DNA of 48,481 nucleotides, taken from positions 12,389,340-12,437,820 of the forward strand of contig NC_068986.1 in assembly GCF_001194135.2 (NCBI RefSeq), given 5' to 3'. Shown here one piece after another: positions 11,495 through 23,078 of this stretch; positions within the stretch are counted from its first letter, which is position 1; each line of letters opens with the position of its first letter. A program made the position numbers and the translations under genes. The notes under the pieces were generated by a model. The model was given only the letters and a program-made list of their open reading frames with translations, searched no databases and had not been told where the DNA came from. This DNA is from Octopus bimaculoides (Eukaryota).

Positions 11495-11820
11495 TTTTAC
11501 CTCTTATCTTTCACTGGTTTTCGTCAGTAGACTGTGGCCATACTGGGGCATTCCTTCGAAGAATTTTAGTCGAATGAATCGATCGCAATACTTTTTAAAA
11601 CATGATACTTATTCTAGCATCTCTTTTACCGATCCGCTAAGTCAAGCGATGGTGGGGGTACAAACACAGGCACACAGACATACATGCATACATACGACGT
11701 CTACCAAATCCACCCACAAGTCTTTCATCGACCCGTCGCTATAGTAGAAGACACTTGCCCATGGTGCCACGCAGTAGGACTCAGCCAGGTAACATGTGGG
11801 TGGGAAGCAGACGGCTATGG
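11495..11820 (-). mobile_element. Diverged SINE family A
   Basis: GACTGTGGCCATACTGGGGCA...CCGCTAAG...CTATAGTAGAAGACACTTGCCCATGGTGCCACGCAGT. Confidence 0.8.
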
Positions 11821-12197
11821 ATAACAAATTATATGCTGGGATATGATTATCGAATAATATGTAATAAATCTATCAAAATTTGTTTAATATAAATTTTCGA
11901 AGCTTTCTAGGTTGTTACAGATAAAAAGTAGGAAAACATGAAATAATCAGAACAAAACAGAAAAAATGAAAAACTAAAATCCTTATGATCAAACTGTCAA
12001 GCATCTCAAATACAGCAGTTCAATACATACGAAGCTAAATCACAGAAAAAAGAAGCAATATATATATATATATATATATATTCTCGTTACAATAACTACC
12101 TCTACATATCAATATTCATAGAAATATGTGTGTGTATATATATGTGTGTGTATGTGTGTGTGTGTGTGTGTGTATGTGTGTGTATATGTGTGTGTGT

Positions 12198-12369
12198 AAG
12201 GTTTTTTATTCTCTCTTTGTTTATTTCCTCGTGTTCCTTTCTGTTGAAGAGCGTAGGCTCGAAACGTAAAAGGCTTTCTCACCTTCCTGAGCGTTAAACT
12301 AATACACCTGCTTGTTGTTCATACACCTGTCTTCTTTTTGGGTTTTTCTGTAAATTTCAACTATATATA
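12198..12369 (+). mobile_element. Penelope pLTR-like short element carrying a hammerhead-like motif and ending in (TA)n
   Basis: Contains CCTTT-CTGTTGA-A-GAGCgtagGCTC-GAAAC-GTA-AAAGG, then ~90 bp and a TATATATA end. PLE assignment is inference. Confidence 0.6.
12236..12273 (+). ncRNA. Minimal type I hammerhead ribozyme-like motif (A6U variant)
   Basis: Helix I CCUUU/AAAGG, core CUGUUGA, helix II GAGC/GCUC, GAAA, palindromic helix III ACGU, triplet GUA. Confidence 0.6.
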
Positions 12370-12552
12370 NNNNNNNNNNNNNNNNNNNNNNNNNNNNNNN
12401 NNNNNNNNNNNNNNNNNNNNNNNNNNNNNNNNNNNNNNNNNNNNNNNNNNNNNNNNNNNNNNNNNNNNNNNNNNNNNNNNNNNNNNNNNNNNNNNNNNNN
12501 NNNNNNNNNNNNNNNNNNNNNNNNNNNNNNNNNNNNNNNNNNNNNNNNNNNN

Positions 12553-12645
12553 AGCAAGAGGCTTGCTACCCAGCCACGCGCAAACGGAACCCTGCGGAGT
12601 GGATTTGGTAGACAGAGATCAAAAGAACCCCGTCGTACATATATA
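12553..12645 (+). mobile_element. SINE family A fragment
   Basis: GAGTGGATTTGGTAGACAGAGATCAAAAGAACCCCGTCGTACATATAT. Confidence 0.65.
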
Positions 12646-12795
12646 TATATATATATTGGATACGATCGGTAAACTGTCACCATTTTAGATTTTCAATTTC
12701 GCGCACGTGCAATATACTTTTTGATTTTGTCAAATACACAGTTTAGAAGGGACACTTGAGCGCCGTCTGTGACAAAAACAGCATCATGACAAAAT

Positions 12796-13131
12796 TTTAA
12801 ACACGGACAAAAATTTAAAACTAAAACTGATTTCACTTACACCTCTGAAAATCTCATCTACGTCATAATATGTTCTGGCTACAGCAGGAACTATATATGT
12901 CCAACAGGAAAATCCCTAAGACATAGATCTACATTACACAGACAGCAAAGCTACGACTCCCATACCCCCAATACCGTCAAATATACTCAGTGATCACATA
13001 GGCAGATGTGCTAAGGAACGCCAACCACAATTCAAAATATCCCCACTATACCAATACACGGAAAGAACCCCTACTCAACAACGACCAAATAAAGAGGCTA
13101 CATTTATTGAAAAATACAAACCAGAACTTAT
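12796..13131 (+). pseudogene. Penelope-like element GIY-YIG endonuclease fragment
   Basis: KHGQKFKTKTDFTYTSENLIYVIICSGYSRNYICPTGKSLRHRSTLHRQQ / LSDHIGRCAKERQPQFKISPLYQ...KEATFIEKYKPEL. This is a degenerate NLIYVITC.GC..NYIGQT motif with a frameshift, homologous to 33400-33760. Confidence 0.8.
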
Positions 13132-13361
13132 GTATGTTTATTTATTTATTTAGTTGTTGAAACTCTTCCGGATGGGAGTTTTTATGTTTTAATATTCCGC
13201 TTAGGCATTGCGAAACCAGTAATCTCGTGTAGAACGTAATCTACATATGTTTCAGAACGAAGTTTTAGCCGAGTATGGAGTGGTAATAAGAGAAAGAGAC
13301 GACGAGAGAAGAAAGGATTATCTTATGAACTTCATTAGCACGCCCTTTCAGGCATCCGCAG

Positions 13362-13404
<43 letters not shown>

Positions 13405-13496
13405 NNNNNNNNNNNNNNNNNNNNNNNNNNNNNNNNNNNNNNNNNNNNNNNNNNNNNNNNNNNNNNNNNNNNNNNNNNNNNNNNNNNNNNNNNNNN

Positions 13497-13530
<34 letters not shown>

Positions 13531-14156
13531 CGCATGTACAGACTTGCCTGTATCAAAATACATATATAAAAAAACGTAAGCTGTAAGTCGAATTAGATAT
13601 GATATTTTGCAGTAGTTAATGCGCATAAAAGGATATTGTAGTTAAATCTGGTTAATAGATTATTGCAGACCAATTTACTCATATTCCTTCCGAAATCTCT
13701 TCAGATACCACACGCTTCTCAATGAATAATATTTATATCTACAAAGGCGACATTTTCGCATAGAAATATCAATGTATGTACACCTTGAAAGATAATATGT
13801 GAGAGCATGATCTGAGCTCGAAAAGACAAATTAATAATTAATTTTTTTATATCTCATTTGTTAGCAAGAATGTTTCGTTAGTATTTATTTCATTAAATAT
13901 TGAAGGAATAACACTCACATGTTGTTGGATTAGGAAATATTTTCAAATATTTTTTCTGGTAGCAATAATGATACTTCATTATAAACTGTACATGGAACTG
14001 CATGAATTCTTTTAACTGATATAACTGGGTACCATTCTATATATAACTAAATGAATTCATATTCCTTGACAGTGATAGAATGTTTAAAAACGACTTCATA
14101 GTAAGGATGGAAATCAGTGAATTTAAATTTGGTTAATGGTTAACAAAATAATGGTT

Positions 14157-14413
14157 AACAAATCCAACGTGGAAGGTGTTTATAAGCCATTTAAGAAACA
14201 CACCAAAACCGTTAGATTCTCTTCAACATTTGAATTTTTAATTTGCTAAAATATTTTTGTCGCTTTGAGACCGCGACCTGTTCACTGACAAAATTTCGGG
14301 CTGCATCTCAGTGAACAGGTCGCGGTCTCAAAGCGATGAAAATGTCGAAGTGAATCTAATGGTTTTTGGGTGTTTTTAAATGGCTTATAAAAACCTTCCA
14401 CGCTGCAATTGTT
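14157..14413. mobile_element. Head-to-head palindromic element (~110 bp arms) with variant hammerhead-like motifs
   Basis: Perfect 29-bp inverted repeat 14260-14288/14308-14336 with a 19-nt spacer, plus imperfect outer arms 14157-14225/14347-14413. Confidence 0.85.
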
Positions 14414-14599
14414 TTCGTTCCAGCACACGATCTCAGATCAGGTCACTTGCTATGCAAGTACATCTCCATAAAATAATGGTTACACAACTAAAACTAAACA
14501 AAAACTATATAAATAAAGGGAAGTATGTAAATATATTAGCTGTAGAAGATATCGAAAACCCTAGTTCTGAGCAGATTAGATTATTGCTCACAACTTTGG

Positions 14600-15168
14600 T
14601 CTTCAAACTCATCCGGTTCCATAGAAGAAAATGAAGGGTTACAAATAACATTCATTAGTAAAATAACTTCAGTTAAACACCTTGAAGACAAGGAACGTTT
14701 GAAAGATCTGCGTCTTTTCTCTCTTGAACGCCAAAGTAAGAGATACATTATCGTATACATTTGGAAAATCCTGAAGGAGCATATTCTAAACTTCAACGTT
14801 AGAGAGCATTTAAATGCATGAACTGGTAGATAATGTCATCTCCCAAATAGACCACCTTCGCAATTACGAGCGAAATTGTACCAGTCTGATATCTAGAGGT
14901 CTTCAACTGTTCAACTGCCTACCTGAAGAAATCAGAAATAAAACACAAGATTCTTTATCGAAACATTAAGAAAGCATTGGAAAAATTCCTAACGACGCAT
15001 CTGGACCTGCCAACCATTCCAGGATATGCTCAAGGAAGATCGGCTGCTACAAATTCATAGACCAATTTCCAGTCACAAAGCGACATCAAAACTGAAAGAA
15101 AATAAATTATGATGGTGCTCCAGTATGGCCGCAGTCCTACGACTGAAATGATAAAAAGAATAAAAGAA
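14600..15168 (+). mobile_element. CR1-group LINE 3' end (pseudogene plus 3' UTR)
   Basis: ERLKDLRLFSLERQSKRYIIVYIWKILK...*TGR*C... / SLISRGLQLFNCLPEEIRN / KALEKFL...LPTIPGY. This matches the CR1/L2-group ORF2 C-terminus (RL..L.L.SLERRR...LFN.LP..IR) and ends in a tail like the family A SINE tail. Confidence 0.8.
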
Positions 15169-15189
15169 CATAATGAGGTGTTTTGTCTA

Positions 15190-15640
15190 ATACGTTAAGA
15201 GTAGCACCTTTGTAAAGGGTCGACTGGGAACTTCGAAACCTGGGTCTAGTATATATTTTTTGTGACTGACCCCTATTTCTAGTTTGTGGACGATTTTTTC
15301 CGGTGTGTGATTGGTTGTATTATTGTTTTCTTTTATGTATCCAGAATTAAGGGTGGTTTCTTCTTTGTTCAATTCTTTATTATTTTATTTTATCATTTTT
15401 TTTTTTTTGCTGTCTTCTTCATAAAGCAGTTATACGAATTAAATTCGTTTTCGAAGTCCGATTCATATCCTTGGAAGAAGTAATCTTTTTTTCCCAGCGT
15501 TGAAGGAAATTTCTTTCTTCAGCTTCATATGTTTCTATCCAAAGTTTAGTAATATTTTCCAGAGGTTATCCGTTGTTATGTTTATTCAGTACCCTGTGCA
15601 TCTCTTCGTCAATATTTATTTATTTTTCTTCATTGTTCGA
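15190..15640 (-). pseudogene. Decayed ORF fragment, possibly a PLE N-terminal region
   Basis: Minus strand NIDEEMHRVLNKHNNG*PLENITKLWIETYEAEERNFLQRWE / KKDYFFQGYESDFENEF reads as protein-like. The family assignment is a resemblance only. Confidence 0.35.
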
Positions 15641-15664
15641 TGTTCTCTTCCACACATAAACACA

Positions 15665-15736
<72 letters not shown>

Positions 15737-16217
15737 NNNNNNNNNNNNNNNNNNNNNNNNNNNNNNNNNNNNNNNNNNNNNNNNNNNNNNNNNNNNNNNN
15801 NNNNNNNNNNNNNNNNNNNNNNNNNNNNNNNNNNNNNNNNNNNNNNNNNNNNNNNNNNNNNNNNNNNNNNNNNNNNNNNNNNNNNNNNNNNNNNNNNNNN
15901 NNNNNNNNNNNNNNNNNNNNNNNNNNNNNNNNNNNNNNNNNNNNNNNNNNNNNNNNNNNNNNNNNNNNNNNNNNNNNNNNNNNNNNNNNNNNNNNNNNNN
16001 NNNNNNNNNNNNNNNNNNNNNNNNNNNNNNNNNNNNNNNNNNNNNNNNNNNNNNNNNNNNNNNNNNNNNNNNNNNNNNNNNNNNNNNNNNNNNNNNNNNN
16101 NNNNNNNNNNNNNNNNNNNNNNNNNNNNNNNNNNNNNNNNNNNNNNNNNNNNNNNNNNNNNNNNNNNNNNNNNNNNNNNNNNNNNNNNNNNNNNNNNNNN
16201 NNNNNNNNNNNNNNNNN

Positions 16218-16270
<53 letters not shown>

Positions 16271-16611
16271 ATATATGTATGGATATATAATATAAAATGA
16301 ACATAATGTTGTGATATTGCATAATATCACAACTTCAGAAATTACATGTTTTGGGGCTTATGTGTAATTTGAAAAACTGACTCACTAAATAAACGTAATT
16401 CATATTCCAACTTCTGCTGTGTTCTTCTGTCAAGACGAAGATGTTACCGAAAAAACAAAAAATAGATAAGCATCAAAACATGTCTAGAGATAGGAGTGTT
16501 TCGTTTCTTGCTTTCATCAATTTTGCCGGAATATCATAAATATTATCACGAACCAACATCATCTGCAACGTTTTACACAAGAAAGTCAGTTTAAAATATT
16601 GTATGCGTCCT

Positions 16612-16664
16612 CTTCGTTGTCGTTGACGCTGTCATCGTCACCATTATCATCATTGTCGTCGTCG

Positions 16665-16699
<35 letters not shown>

Positions 16700-16700
16700 G

Positions 16701-16747
<47 letters not shown>

Positions 16748-16820
16748 GTCGTCATCATCATCATCATCATCATCATCATCGTCATCATCATCATCATCAT
16801 CATCGTCGTCATCGTCATCG

Positions 16821-16862
<42 letters not shown>

Positions 16863-16995
16863 CTCTTCCTTCCTCCTTTTCCATTCCTCCTCATCAAGTG
16901 ATCAGCAGCAGAAGCAGCAGCAGCAGCAGCAGCATCGTCTTCTGCGTCACCACCATCCTCTTCATCGTCATTGTCGTCGTCGTCGTCATTGTATG
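16612..16995. repeat. (CAT)n/(CGT)n trinucleotide tract plus short (GCA)n
   Basis: Directly visible; explains the poly-D/M/S ORFs. Confidence 0.95.
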
Positions 16996-17359
16996 ATCGT
17001 CATCAGCACCATCATTGTTAACATCGTTGGCGTCATAAGGAATTCGTAATATCTAACAAAGGATTACATGGGGGGTGGAAGAATGGCTGTTTTGCGGCAT
17101 GCGATAGAAGTAAGTTCTGCATACTGAAACAGCAAGGCATGTCACTCAGTCCTGTATAGCTGGAGCTTTGGTATATCATCTCTACCGAAATTAATCGAAC
17201 GTTGGAGCAATTAGCTTTACATAGGAATAGAAGAAAGCAAATTCAAACAACGATATTTTAAAGTTATTTACTCTGCACGCATGTTGAAGGCAACATCACA
17301 ACAACTGTGGAAAACCTACAACAAAGAAGAATGATAAAAACACCGATTTTCTTATTGGT

Positions 17360-17536
17360 TTCAAAATTTGGCAAATAGGCCAGCAACTTCGTGGGGATGC
17401 TCAACTGGTCCTTATTTTATCACCCTCGAAAGAATAGACTGAAAAGTCGGCATCGACGGAATTTGAACTCAGAACGTAAAGACAGAAGAATTGCCGCTTA
17501 GCATTTCATCCGGCCATTTAACGATTCTTTCAGCTC
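17360..17536 (-). mobile_element. SINE family C
   Basis: GGAATTTGAACTCAGAACGTAAAGAC...GCCGCTTAGCATTTC...AACGATTCT (reverse complement of the head). Confidence 0.8.
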
Positions 17537-17665
17537 TTTTCTTCTTACTTTCACCATACATTTCCACGTGTAGTTTCTATTTTGTTTTTGTAACATATTT
17601 GTATTATATATATATGTTGTACTTGGGGATGGTCATATTGCCAGTTTAGCCAATAAATCTTGCAA

Positions 17666-17707
<42 letters not shown>

Positions 17708-17826
17708 NNNNNNNNNNNNNNNNNNNNNNNNNNNNNNNNNNNNNNNNNNNNNNNNNNNNNNNNNNNNNNNNNNNNNNNNNATATATAGGGAGAAAGAGTG
17801 TCAGGGAGAGAGAGAGAGAGAGAGAG

Positions 17827-17860
<34 letters not shown>

Positions 17861-18299
17861 GCAGAGAAAGTAGGAGATAGCTTAATAGATAAACAGATGG
17901 ACGTAAATATATGCATTATATATATACGTGTGTTTATTTATGTGCCTTTATCTCAGTGTATCACTGTGGATAAAACTATATTTCTTTCTGTATATGTCTA
18001 TATGTGTATGTTTAAATATGTTTTATTTGTGAGTATGTGGGTGTTTAAAATGTATGCTACATTTTCAATTTAACCATTCCTTTCTTTGTTCTTTTTTACA
18101 TAATGCAAAGAACAAATTGCTGACTGCAAAACTGCAATCGCTTGCTAAAATTCAGAAAAACTCACACAAAATTACAGAGTGTTTTAAACCTATAAATATT
18201 TATCAGAATATGTAATTGTAAAAATGAATGCACCGCTGTCTAACTATTTGAATACCTATGTGTGGCCCTGTTTGTGCGTTTACCTGAATCTGTACGTAT

Positions 18300-18301
18300 G
18301 T

Positions 18302-18373
<72 letters not shown>

Positions 18374-18452
18374 GTGTTTGTGTGCTTGTATATATGTATA
18401 TATGTATGTATACACCCACCCACCCACACACACACACACCCACACACACACA

Positions 18453-18517
<65 letters not shown>

Positions 18518-18540
18518 GCATATGTATGTATGTATGTATT
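18300..18540. repeat. (TG)n followed by (CA)n and (TATG)n microsatellites
   Basis: Directly visible. Confidence 0.95.
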
Positions 18541-18950
18541 TGAATTACATTCAATACATTAGTATGTTGTCTATGACAAAACTAAAATCTTTTCTAAAAC
18601 CGGTTTCTTCGTGTTAATTAAATTACATATTTTTTCATTTTTCTTTTCTTACATATTTCAATGAATGTTATCATTATCATCATCATTGTCAACATCATCA
18701 TTATTATTATTATTGTAATTATTATTATTGTTATTGATATTGTTATGTCTTCTAATGAGTATTGTGCTGAAAATTTAGAAAGATTGATACAATGTTAATT
18801 ATATGAATTTATATACAAATATCCGCCCCCTCCCCTTAATCCTTAAAATCAACTTGACTACTACTACTACTACTACTACTACTACAACCGCCATCGCGTC
18901 ACTATCCTCCTCCCCCTCCTCCTCCTCCTCCTCATCATTACCGTCACCAT

Positions 18951-19134
18951 TATCGTTAGCACGCCGATTAAAATGCTTAGCGACATTTCGTCCGCCTTTG
19001 GGTTTTGAGTTCAAGCGCCACCGGGTTCTACTTTGCTTTTCAATCTTTCGCGGTCGTTAAAATAAATGCCAGTTGAGTCGACTTCATCGACTAGTCCCCT
19101 GCCCCGAATTTCAGGCCTTGTGAAACAATTCAAA
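18951..19134 (+). mobile_element. SINE family C
   Basis: TATCGTTAGCACGCCG...ATGCTTAGCGACATTTCGTCCG...GAGTTCAA...AGGCCTTGTG. Confidence 0.8.
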
Positions 19135-19673
19135 ATTATTTACAAATATATCAATGGCCAGAACCTGCAATCAAAAACTTTATTCATCTAATTTTCACTC
19201 ATATCCAGTTTTTCGCCGTGGCTCGTTTTGCTGGTCCTTTCTTTTAAACGCTGTGCACGACGTTCAAATTCACAATTTGAATGTGTAGATAAATGTTGAC
19301 ACTTTATTCTTGCCGGTCGGGACACATGTTAACCTCCAAGGTATGTTTTTTTGTGTTAATTTGTATCTACAGGAATGTCTTTTGGTCCCTAACTTCGAAA
19401 TTGTAAAAGGGGACTAGCCTTTTACTTTTATTTGAATTTTATGTCATGTCGCCCGCTGACAGCTTTTACTGTTGAAGAGATATAATATAAGCGGTTATAG
19501 TGGCTTTATGGCGGTTTTGACTGCTATTTCTAGACATGTAAGGGAATTTACAACCCCCTCCGTTATAATTGTGATTTATTCACAATTATACACTCTTCTT
19601 TTACACACACACACACACACACGAACACACACGCACATATATATTATATATGTAATATATATCTATACATATA

Positions 19674-19713
<40 letters not shown>

Positions 19714-19739
19714 AGTGAGTGTGTGTGCGTGTGTGTACG

Positions 19740-19955
19740 TGTGTATGTCTTTGCATTTGTGGTTGTTCCCCATCACCGGTCTCAGGGCGTTTATGTCCCA
19801 GTAACTTAGCGGTTCACCAAAAGTGGCCGATAGAATGAGTACTACGATTCAGGAAAAAAAATAAATTACTGGTGTCGATTCATTCGACTGAAATTCTTCA
19901 AGGCCGTGCCTCAGCCTGGCCGCAACCTAATGACTAAACTGAAACATGTAAAGAA

Positions 19956-19986
<31 letters not shown>

Positions 19987-19990
19987 ATAG
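19740..19990 (+). mobile_element. SINE family A 3' half with (AAAT)n tail
   Basis: GTAACTTAGCGGTTC...GATAGAATGAGTACT...GGCCGCAACCTAATGACTAAACTGAAAC. Confidence 0.75.
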
Positions 19991-20384
19991 ATAATGGGTT
20001 AAGATTTGCTGCCACCTTCCAAAATGGATAAAATCTCTCGCAGTAAATACAAGTACTGTGATAGATAACATTGACTGCCCTTTTTCCAAATTGCATGGTT
20101 TTGTGCTTCGTGAAGAAATCATTTGATGGGAAATCGATTGGAAAAAAAAATAGGTAGCCTTAAGCGAATCGTGACGGAGTCAGTTTTATGATTTTACTGT
20201 GATTCAATTTACATTAAGTGCAATGATGAATATTGAACACCGTTCGGTGTTACTGGAGGGAGTTACAGAGATAAAAGATATGAGTAATGTATGGAAAGCT
20301 GAACTAATTTCACTCTAAGAAAGAAACAACCAACGGCCTACATCGTTTTTGTGTTCGGAAGAGTAAGGAAAATCTTCAGTTGAT

Positions 20385-20555
20385 GTAGACATGGCTATGT
20401 GGTTAAGAATCTCGCTGTGAAATCATGTGGTTTCATGTTCAATTCTGCTGTGCGGCACCTTGGGGGAAAAGTCTTCTACTGTAGTATCAGGCCGACCGAT
20501 GCTTTGTGAGTCAATTTTGTAGACGGAAACTGTGTGGAAGTTCGTCTTGTATTTA
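20385..20555 (+). mobile_element. SINE family A 5' half
   Basis: CATGGCTATGTGGTTAAGAA...GGCACCTTGGGG...TCTTCTACTGTAG...GTAGACGGAAACTG. Confidence 0.75.
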
Positions 20556-20665
20556 TATAATTAATTGCGACAGAGTCAGTATGAATGTCAGAAAGTAATC
20601 TTTATCTCCAACTGTGTTGTGTGAGAACACAGAACACCCACACACACATATGTATATATGCATAT

Positions 20666-21098
20666 ATGAACTTTAGGTTAATTAAAATGTCTGTGACATA
20701 TTTTAGCATTTAAAGGCAAATTCACAGCACTTACCATGGAGAAAAAAACTCTCTCTTATCTGCCATATCTGCCCAGTGCTTCCCTCTAGCGGATTCTCAG
20801 ATGCGCGTTTCTAGCTCAATGGTAAATAGAAAATAAAAATAACCGTAGCTTTAACTAAAACACAGTCGACATTATTAGTTGCGCTGGTGGAGCACCTGGC
20901 CGGGATAAATATAGCAGCATCGGTACCGAACAAGGATTGGGAATAAACGAACTTTAAGTTCCTTAAAATATATTTGTGACATATTTTAACTTTGAAAGGC
21001 AAACTCACTGCAGTTACTGTGGAGAAAAAAATTCTCTCTTATGGTAAAAAGTTTTAAAACACCATATCAGCCCAGCGGTTTCTCCTAGCGGAGTTGCC
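20666..21098. repeat. Diverged ~130-150 bp direct duplication with a ~150 bp spacer
   Basis: 20666-20797 vs 20947-21098: GAACTTTA.GTT...GTGACATATTTTA...AAAGGCAAA.TCAC.GCA.TTAC..TGGAGAAAAAAA.TCTCTCTTAT...CCATATC.GCCCAG...CTAGCGGA. Confidence 0.8.
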
Positions 21099-21620
21099 AT
21101 TGTGTCTTGGATCCTTATGTAGAAAAAATCTTTATGGCACTCATGAGCACCTTCTGTTTCTCTTTCACGCATTAGCTTCGATTCTGTCTGTCCTTATCTA
21201 TCTCCATTCCCAGCAGTAGTTTTACACGCTTTCTTTTTTACTTCTTTACATAGGTGTGTTCTTCATACACTTATCTCTATACGTTTATCTTCATTTACTT
21301 TTTCTGCCCCTCAAATTCCTTACTTCATTTCCTACATATGTTTATGCTTTTTCGACGGTAATGACTTTCTGTGTATATGTATAAATGTAAATGCTTACCC
21401 AAATAAAATTGCACTTCATATTTGAAGCTCTACTGAACCTATTGGGTGGTACACAAACACTCAACTATGCGTGCATTACATCTTATAGCAGAAACAACTG
21501 CAAGCTAATTGAAGTTCATGAAATTATTTCTGATTCCCTTATCACTTTAATTTCTAATCATATATATATATATATATACACACATATATATGCTTGTATA
21601 TGTATATACATATCTATGTG

Positions 21621-21667
<47 letters not shown>

Positions 21668-22156
21668 TTATATCGATATGTCCGTTTATATACACACACA
21701 TCAAACGCACGCACACGCACACATACACACACTCACACATATTTAGATATGTCCCAAATCCAATTGCTTCTTCTCACCTAAAACTGCAGCCTAGACGAGA
21801 CAAAAAAATATCAACAAAAGAATATTATTGATCTCAGAGTATGGGATTTATGATATGAAAGTGCTAACTGGAATCACATATAAGAAAAAAAAAATAATGA
21901 TGAGCTGTGATGTTGGTAATCTCGGAGTACGTTTAAAAGGATGCTCTGGTGGTGTATAATAGAATAAAATAATAGGGAAGCTCACCTTTGTAATGGAAAC
22001 ACCAATCCTGCAAAAAAAGATTAAATAAATAAATAAATGAAAAGAAATCAGAGCGCAAGAGATGTTCGTTTGATTAGTCATTCATCTCTTTACATAGCAT
22101 AGGTCTACTCAACCACAACTAGGCTGAGATTCCCAGTATTGAGAACAACAATGACA

Positions 22157-22224
<68 letters not shown>

Positions 22225-22226
<2 letters not shown>

Positions 22227-22768
22227 TCTGACGCAATACCAAGCAATGGCTCTCATGGTTTCTGATCTTATCTGATTGAAAGTGTTATTATGAACATTGT
22301 TTTGTTTTGGTATAAAAGATGGGCTACAGTAAATATTCTGTTCAATACCTTGTTAGTTATTTGCTTGTCAGTTATTTGATCCTAAGAAGTTCAGCATGCC
22401 CTTTGGTGGCTGACGATATGTGCATCTCTGTTCACGAGCAGAAGTAGTGGGGGAGCATCATAGCCATGTGTTGAGAGAAATTCTTTCGGGCTTGGATAAT
22501 TCACCTTTGGAAACATGAGTGCTTCGTTCAACATCCTTAAACAAATCCTTATTCAAGGACCTTCTGAGCGGGATGGGCTACTCGACCTGAAAAAATATTC
22601 TAACTGGGCCTCACCTGCAAGGTCATACGCTGTTTATCTTGATATGAGATCACCATGTCGCGCACATACGATTGTGATGCATGTGTCTGGTGTACCCTTA
22701 TCAGACGGGTAGTCATGATGGGTATACTGGGCTTCGTATATTTGATGGCGTGCACTGCTCTCTCACTC
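22225..22768 (-). mobile_element. Interspersed-repeat insertion inside (TAA)n, probable 3' UTR of a Dong/R4-type retrotransposon
   Basis: ~545 bp of higher-GC sequence bounded precisely by (AAT)n on both sides (22158-22224 and 22769-22824). No coding remnant is visible; identity and strand are inferred. Confidence 0.45.
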
Positions 22769-22826
<58 letters not shown>

Positions 22827-22839
22827 GAAGAAAAGAAGA

Positions 22840-23078
<239 letters not shown>

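Noticed and set aside
16586-16901. Poly-Asp / poly-Met / poly-Ser ORFs
   Set aside because: Translations of a (CAT)n microsatellite.
19209-19340. 132-nt segment with AG/GT splice-like borders
   Set aside because: Stops in all three frames and no other support.
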